Source: Methanobacteriota archaeon (GTDB taxonomy: Archaea; Thermoplasmatota; Thermoplasmata; SG8-5; JAGLSY01). From it: a DNA stretch of 64,000 nucleotides. Shown one piece after another: positions 59,629-64,000 of this stretch. Positions within the stretch are counted from its first letter, which is position 1; every line of letters begins with the position of its first letter. The DNA is taken from positions 193,003 through 257,002 of the forward strand of contig JAEHCQ010000001.1 of the NCBI GenBank assembly GCA_020696385.1, written 5' to 3'. A program made the position numbers and the translations under genes. A model generated the notes under the pieces. It was not told where the DNA came from, ran no database searches, and saw nothing but the letters and a program-made list of their open reading frames with translations.

Positions 59629-61109
59629 TGGGAGAAGAAGTCGTTAAGAAGCCGAAGAGGAAAGAGAGAATGCCCATGCCGGAACAGGATCCGAAAGTTA
59701 GGGCGACCAATTTCAAGGAAGTGCCTTTGGGTTACACAGAGGAAATGGCCATTGAGGAAGCCATCAGATGTGCCCAGTGTAAGGTGCCGGCCTGTGTATG
59801 CGGTTGTCCAGTTAACATTAATATTCCAGCATTTATCAAGGAGATCGCGGAGGGCAATTTCGCAGCGGCTGCGAGGAAGATCAAAGAAACAAATGCACTT
59901 CCAGCGGTCTGTGGGCGTGTATGTCCACAGGAGAGCCAGTGCGAGGCCCAGTGTGTGTACAACAGAATGGGACGCGCCATCTGCATAGGCAGGTTGGAAA
60001 GGTTCGCCGCAGATTATGAGAGAGATAATAATCTGATAGAACTGCCAGAGAAAGCACAGCCAAATGGAAAGAAGGTGGCAGTTGTTGGCTCAGGTCCATC
60101 TGGTCTGACTGTCGCGGGCGATCTTATTCAGCTTGGATATGAAGTAACTATATTCGAAGCATTCCACAAGCCAGGCGGAGTTCTGATGTACGGAATTCCG
60201 GAATTCAGGCTACCAAAGGCCATCGTGGAATCCGAGGTGAATTATCTCGTCCAACTTGGTGTCAAGATACAGTACAATTCAATAGTTGGCAAGACAGTGG
60301 AGGTCGATGAACTTCTTGGAGAGAAGGGCTACGACGCCGTCTTTATCGGCGTCGGTGCAGGACTTCCCAAGTTCCTGGGCATACCAGGTGAGAACTATGG
60401 TGGAGTTTATTCAGCCAATGAATACCTCACCAGAAGCAATCTGATGAAAGCCTACAAATTCCCCGAATATGACACTCCGATCGTCATGGGAAAGAGAGTT
60501 TGCGTCATCGGCGGCGGAAATGTCGCTATGGACTCGGCCAGAACTGCGGTTCGGCTGGGAGCGGATACTTACATAGTCTATCGTAGGGCAAGAGAGCAGA
60601 TGCCAGCCAGAGGAGAGGAGATACACCATGCTGAGGAAGAAGGCGTGAAGATGATGCTCCTTACCAATCCAGTTGAGATAATCGGTGACGAGGACAATAT
60701 GGCAAAGGCCCTGAAATGTGTCAAGATGGAACTTGGAGAGCCTGACGAATCGGGCAGATCCAGACCAGTCGAGATAGAGGGCTCGGAGCATGATATCGAA
60801 TTCGACCTGATAATAAACTCCATAGGAGCAAATGCCAACCCACTGCTGACAAAGAGCACGGAGGGTCTGGAGCTGAACAAATGGGGCTATATCGTGGCTG
60901 ATGATTATGGAAAGACCAGCAAGGACAATGTCTGGGCTGCCGGAGATATCGTCACTGGCATGGCTACAGTTATTGAAGCCATGGGAGCTGGAAGGATGTC
61001 CGCCATGGATATCCATGAGAAACTGATGGGCGTTCCAAAGAATATTGAAATAAGTCCGGAAGCTCTACCAGACGATCTGGAATGCACACTTCCCGAGACC
61101 AAGAAATGA
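59625..61109 (+). CDS. NfnB/SudA-like glutamate-synthase-small-subunit-type NAD(P)H oxidoreductase (2x[4Fe-4S] + FAD + NADPH)
   Basis: Cys clusters CAQCKVPACVCGCP and CGRVCPQESQCEAQC, FAD motif VAVVGSGPSGL and NAD motif VCVIGGGNVAMD. 4-nt overlap with nfnA-like. Confidence 0.85.
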   Translation: MMGEEVVKKPKRKERMPMPEQDPKVRATNFKEVPLGYTEEMAIEEAIRCAQCKVPACVCGCPVNINIPAFIKEIAEGNFAAAARKIKETNALPAVCGRVCPQESQCEAQCVYNRMGRAICIGRLERFAADYERDNNLIELPEKAQPNGKKVAVVGSGPSGLTVAGDLIQLGYEVTIFEAFHKPGGVLMYGIPEFRLPKAIVESEVNYLVQLGVKIQYNSIVGKTVEVDELLGEKGYDAVFIGVGAGLPKFLGIPGENYGGVYSANEYLTRSNLMKAYKFPEYDTPIVMGKRVCVIGGGNVAMDSARTAVRLGADTYIVYRRAREQMPARGEEIHHAEEEGVKMMLLTNPVEIIGDEDNMAKALKCVKMELGEPDESGRSRPVEIEGSEHDIEFDLIINSIGANANPLLTKSTEGLELNKWGYIVADDYGKTSKDNVWAAGDIVTGMATVIEAMGAGRMSAMDIHEKLMGVPKNIEISPEALPDDLECTLPETKK

Positions 61110-61131
61110 TGAACTTCAGGTTGGATATCTT

Positions 61132-61923
61132 ATGAACTACCCTGAATTCGGATCTATCAAGGTCGAACTAGACAATGGCATAGCGATAATCACTTTGAAC
61201 AAGCCGGAGAAAATGAATGCCTTCGATGATATCCTATCAGCCGAGCTGGATGATACCTTCGCCATCATGGAGAAGGATGAAGATGTCAAGGTCATCATAC
61301 TTACCGGAAGTGGCAAGGCCTTTTGTGCCGGCGGGAATGTCAAGGCAATGGCGGAAGCCGAGGAACCAGTGGAGTTCCTTGGCGGCCTGGCCAGTGGCAT
61401 CCACCGACCGATAATTCGTATGTGGAATATGGACAAAGCGATCATTTGCGCCATCAATGGCCACGCTGTTGGAGCTGGCTGTGGATTGGCGATGGCCTGT
61501 GATATTCGAGTGGCCTCTAAAAAAGCGAAGTTCAATATGGGGTTCATGAAAATTGGACTGGCACCTGGCTGCGGGACATTCTTCTTGCCCAAACTGGTTG
61601 GTCGGGCGAAAGCTGCTGAACTCATCTTCCTGAGCGAGACCATCGATGCCAAGGAAGCCCACAAGATCGGGCTTGTCAATATGGTGGTCGATGATGATGA
61701 GCTTATGAAAAAGGCGATGAAAATGGCCATGAGGATCGAGAGCGGTCCCACACTGGCCATAGGTCGGGCCAAGACACTTTTACGCATAAGCGAGCATTCC
61801 ACCCTGATGGAACACTTTGAGGCTGAAAGGCATATGATATCACAATCTGGAGAAACAGAGGATTTCAAAGAAGGAGTGACGGCTTTCCTCGAGAAAAGAA
61901 AGCCGAATTTCAAAGGTAAGTGA
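61132..61923 (+). CDS. Enoyl-CoA hydratase/isomerase family protein
   Basis: Crotonase motifs (ITLNKPEKMNAF, LTGSGKAFCAGGNV, GHAVGAGCGLAMACD). Confidence 0.8.
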   Translation: MNYPEFGSIKVELDNGIAIITLNKPEKMNAFDDILSAELDDTFAIMEKDEDVKVIILTGSGKAFCAGGNVKAMAEAEEPVEFLGGLASGIHRPIIRMWNMDKAIICAINGHAVGAGCGLAMACDIRVASKKAKFNMGFMKIGLAPGCGTFFLPKLVGRAKAAELIFLSETIDAKEAHKIGLVNMVVDDDELMKKAMKMAMRIESGPTLAIGRAKTLLRISEHSTLMEHFEAERHMISQSGETEDFKEGVTAFLEKRKPNFKGK

Positions 61924-61924
61924 T

Positions 61925-62575
61925 ATGCCGAAGACCCACGACGACATCTTGAAGGCGGAGGAAGCGAAGAAGATGGTCGAGGATGGATACGACCAGCTAT
62001 CCGACGAATACACCAGGATCCGAAGATTGAGCACCAGGGATAGAAAGTACATCGATCTTCTGATGGAGCGATCGCCCAAAGGAGGCAGGCTTCTTGACCT
62101 GGGGTGCGGGGGCGGCATCCCATCAACAAAGGAACTGGCCAGGCATTTCAAAGTTGTGGGTATAGATTTTTCCCACAATCAGATAGAACGGGCCAGGAAG
62201 AACGTACCAGAAGGCGAGTTCCACAGGATGGACATGACTCGAATGAGCTTCAAGAAAAACTCATTCGATGCTGTATTTTCTCTACTGGCAATAATCCACG
62301 TTCCCCGTGAGGAGAAGGCAGGCCTTTTTGCCAGCATTCAAGAGATCCTCAAACCCAATGGCCATCTGCTTATTGGCATTGGATGTGATGACTGGGTGAG
62401 TGAACCGGGCGATGATTTCATGGACCAACCCATGTATTGGTCCCAATTCGGAGCCAAGAAAACCGAAGCCATGATAATAGAAGCTGGCTTCGAGATCATT
62501 CAGGCCACCATTGAGGAATGTATGTTTAGAGGGGAATTGGAAAGACATTTCTTCGTGCTGGCTAAAAAGATATGA
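61925..62575 (+). CDS. Class I SAM-dependent methyltransferase
   Basis: LDLGCGGG motif I and downstream motifs. 216 aa. Confidence 0.75.
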   Translation: MPKTHDDILKAEEAKKMVEDGYDQLSDEYTRIRRLSTRDRKYIDLLMERSPKGGRLLDLGCGGGIPSTKELARHFKVVGIDFSHNQIERARKNVPEGEFHRMDMTRMSFKKNSFDAVFSLLAIIHVPREEKAGLFASIQEILKPNGHLLIGIGCDDWVSEPGDDFMDQPMYWSQFGAKKTEAMIIEAGFEIIQATIEECMFRGELERHFFVLAKKI

Positions 62576-62671
62576 GCCTTTACTCCATATAAACATCATA
62601 TGAATGCTATGTGTTATTTTAGCAAAGCTCAAGCTGACAAATAGAAAATATAATCATAGAAAGCATTAGGC

Positions 62672-62821
62672 CTATCGGCTTCTGCTCTCTTTGGCCTTAA
62701 GCCTAAGCTGGGTGTAGCCACATTTTCTGCATTTTGTAGCCTTTACTGGATTGCCAACATTACATTTCATGCATATCTTCTTGTTAAGCAACCTTGCCTC
62801 AGCTTCTGGAAATCTTGCCAT
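62672..62821 (-). CDS. rpl40e: Ribosomal protein L40e
   Basis: Found by manual translation; at 49 aa it is below the ORF-track cut-off. [49 protein letters not shown] with the C4 zinc-ribbon pattern of L40e. Stop TAG at 62672-62674. Confidence 0.8.
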   Translation of the reverse strand: MARFPEAEARLLNKKICMKCNVGNPVKATKCRKCGYTQLRLKAKESRSR

Positions 62822-62898
62822 TTTGTCTCACCTTTATTATTTATTATCTGGTGCGCACAGATTAAGGAAGGCCTATTAAATGGTTTCTAAATAAATGC

Positions 62899-63861
62899 CT
62901 ATCTTCTCGCATGCCCACCAACAGAGACCATGAAAGCAAGCAAGGCCTCGATCTGGATCCTACTATTGCTTCCCTCTATGAGTCTGAACTCGGTCTCCCC
63001 GATCTTCTCAATGACCTTGATCTTGATATGTTCATCCACATCGAGGTCAAACACATTCCTGTGAACTTGATTGATTATATCATGGCCAGATAATCCGTAA
63101 TTGATCAGAAGTTTGTCAAGTAGATTACGGGCCTCGATGAACTCACCCTTCAATGCGGTGATCATCATATCCTTCAATTCTTCCGGGCGGCCAGTTGAAC
63201 TGGTCTTGTAAACAGCCTCGGCATCGATCGTGGTCCCCATAGATGCGGAAACCTGCATGATATTGGTGGCCCTTCGAAGGTCACCACCCGCGACATAGAG
63301 TAGAGCGTCCATTCCATCCTCAGTCACTTCCAGCTTTTCACTGAGAGCTATCCGTCTTAGATATTTCTTAACATCATCGGCATTGAGTGACTTGAACCTG
63401 AAGACCGCGCATCTTGACTGGATAGGGTCTATAAGCTTCGATGAATAGTTACATGAAAGAATGAAACGACAGGTATTCGTGTATTTCTCCATCGTTCTTC
63501 TTAGAGCTGCCTGGGCATCGGATGTGAGTGAGTCTGCCTCATCAAGGAATATGACCTTGAAGGGAGTGTCCGCAATAGGAGCGGTACGAGCGAAATCCTT
63601 GATCTTGTTCCTCACAACATCGATCCCTCTCTCATCGGATGCATTCATTTCATGAAAATTGAGCTTCCAATTCTCGCCGAACATTTCCTTCGTAAGGGCG
63701 AGAGCGGAGGTTGTCTTTCCAGTTCCCGCAGGACCTGCGAACATGAGATGTGGCATGTTCATTGTCTCCACATAGCTTTTCAGCCTTTCAACAACACCGG
63801 TCTGACCAACGACCTCGTCCAAAGTCTTTGGACGGTATTTCTCAACCCAGACATCATTCAT
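62899..63861 (-). CDS. rfcS: Replication factor C small subunit
   Basis: VWVEKYRP, Walker A GPAGTGKTT, DEADSLT, the SRC motif and the RFC box layout. The start is placed at ATG 63861 (MNDVWVEKYRP); the track's GTG 63870 is an alternative. Confidence 0.9.
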   Translation of the reverse strand: MNDVWVEKYRPKTLDEVVGQTGVVERLKSYVETMNMPHLMFAGPAGTGKTTSALALTKEMFGENWKLNFHEMNASDERGIDVVRNKIKDFARTAPIADTPFKVIFLDEADSLTSDAQAALRRTMEKYTNTCRFILSCNYSSKLIDPIQSRCAVFRFKSLNADDVKKYLRRIALSEKLEVTEDGMDALLYVAGGDLRRATNIMQVSASMGTTIDAEAVYKTSSTGRPEELKDMMITALKGEFIEARNLLDKLLINYGLSGHDIINQVHRNVFDLDVDEHIKIKVIEKIGETEFRLIEGSNSRIQIEALLAFMVSVGGHARR

Positions 63862-63871
63862 AAAGATCACT

Positions 63872-64000
63872 TCAGCCTACGATGTCCTTGAAAGCCTGCT
63901 CCTCTTTCACTGCTTCAAAGGCCTCATCATCCCTGGCACGCTCCTTGAAATCATCATCTATGCCAGCTGCGCGTGTGAGGAAGGGGAAGATAAGGTTATT
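63872..64000 (-). CDS. Partial CDS (C-terminal 42 codons only; the gene continues beyond the window end), unknown product
   Basis: Only one reverse frame is open from 64000 down to a TGA at 63872-63874 (...DDFKERARDDEAFEAVKEEQAFKDIVG*). It is absent from the track because it is truncated by the window edge. Confidence 0.35.
   Translation of the reverse strand, partial: NNLIFPFLTRAAGIDDDFKERARDDEAFEAVKEEQAFKDIVG

Noticed and set aside
61137-62129. 330-aa minus-strand ORF 61137..62129
   Set aside because: It is antisense to the crotonase and methyltransferase genes, both of which carry canonical motifs. Its translation is low-complexity (S/P/A-rich).
1-64000. Search for CRISPR arrays, rRNA genes, transposases or integrases
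   Set aside because: There are no regularly spaced direct repeats with unique spacers, no rRNA-like conserved stretches and no DDE/tyrosine-recombinase-like ORFs. The only tandem repeats are coding low-complexity regions and the 52-bp palindromic duplication at 4376-4476.

Overview
Dense archaeal chromosomal segment at about 45-50% GC; the organism looks like a Euryarchaeota/Thermoplasmatota-type archaeon, but that is not certain. The archaeal call rests on the L7Ae-S28e-L24e-Ndk ribosomal cluster, L40e, RNAP subunit L, RfcS, Bud32, CDP-archaeol synthase, MptE, archaeal-type TruD and several KaiC-like ATPases.

From 5' to 3' the window holds:
- A partial gene (minus strand, runs off the window start) for a very acidic protein with an HhH segment and about 10 zinc-ribbon repeats. 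It was missed by the ORF track.
- A two-wHTH regulator and a single-domain KaiC-like ATPase, separated by a tandem duplicated double-palindrome site.
- PdxS and oligoendopeptidase F.
- A Liu/MCC-like cluster: enoyl-CoA hydratase, biotin carboxylase, BCCP and an MCCB-like carboxyltransferase.
- A DUF255 thioredoxin-domain protein, formiminotransferase-cyclodeaminase, the L7Ae/S28e/L24e/ndk operon and MptE.
- A tightly coupled minus-strand operon: RHH protein, double-domain KaiC, membrane HisKA_2 histidine kinase, then a 1,67x-aa REC plus roughly 12 PAS protein with a Cys-rich C-terminus.
- RpiA, a 468-bp highly structured ORF-free spacer, TruD, RpoL, PyrE and CarS.
- A 1,944-aa surface protein with GLUG repeats, a beta-helix, cadherin-like and TSP3-like repeats and a C-terminal TM anchor.
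- A Pat-like protein (acyl-CoA synthetase (NDP-forming) fused to a GNAT domain), an Lrp/AsnC regulator and a membrane protein.
- tRNA-Pro(UGG) followed by a roughly 1.6 kb islet at 25-33% GC carrying two overlapping unknown genes.
- TldD/PmbA, a membrane transglutaminase-like protein with a zinc ribbon and a P/Q-rich tail, a 99-aa ORF resembling the NrdD glycyl-radical C-terminus, HAM1, Bud32, a CBS protein, PaaK, a beta-CASP nuclease, PdxT, NfnAB-like subunits, a crotonase, a SAM methyltransferase, L40e (found by hand) and RfcS.

No CRISPR array, rRNA or recognisable transposase was found.
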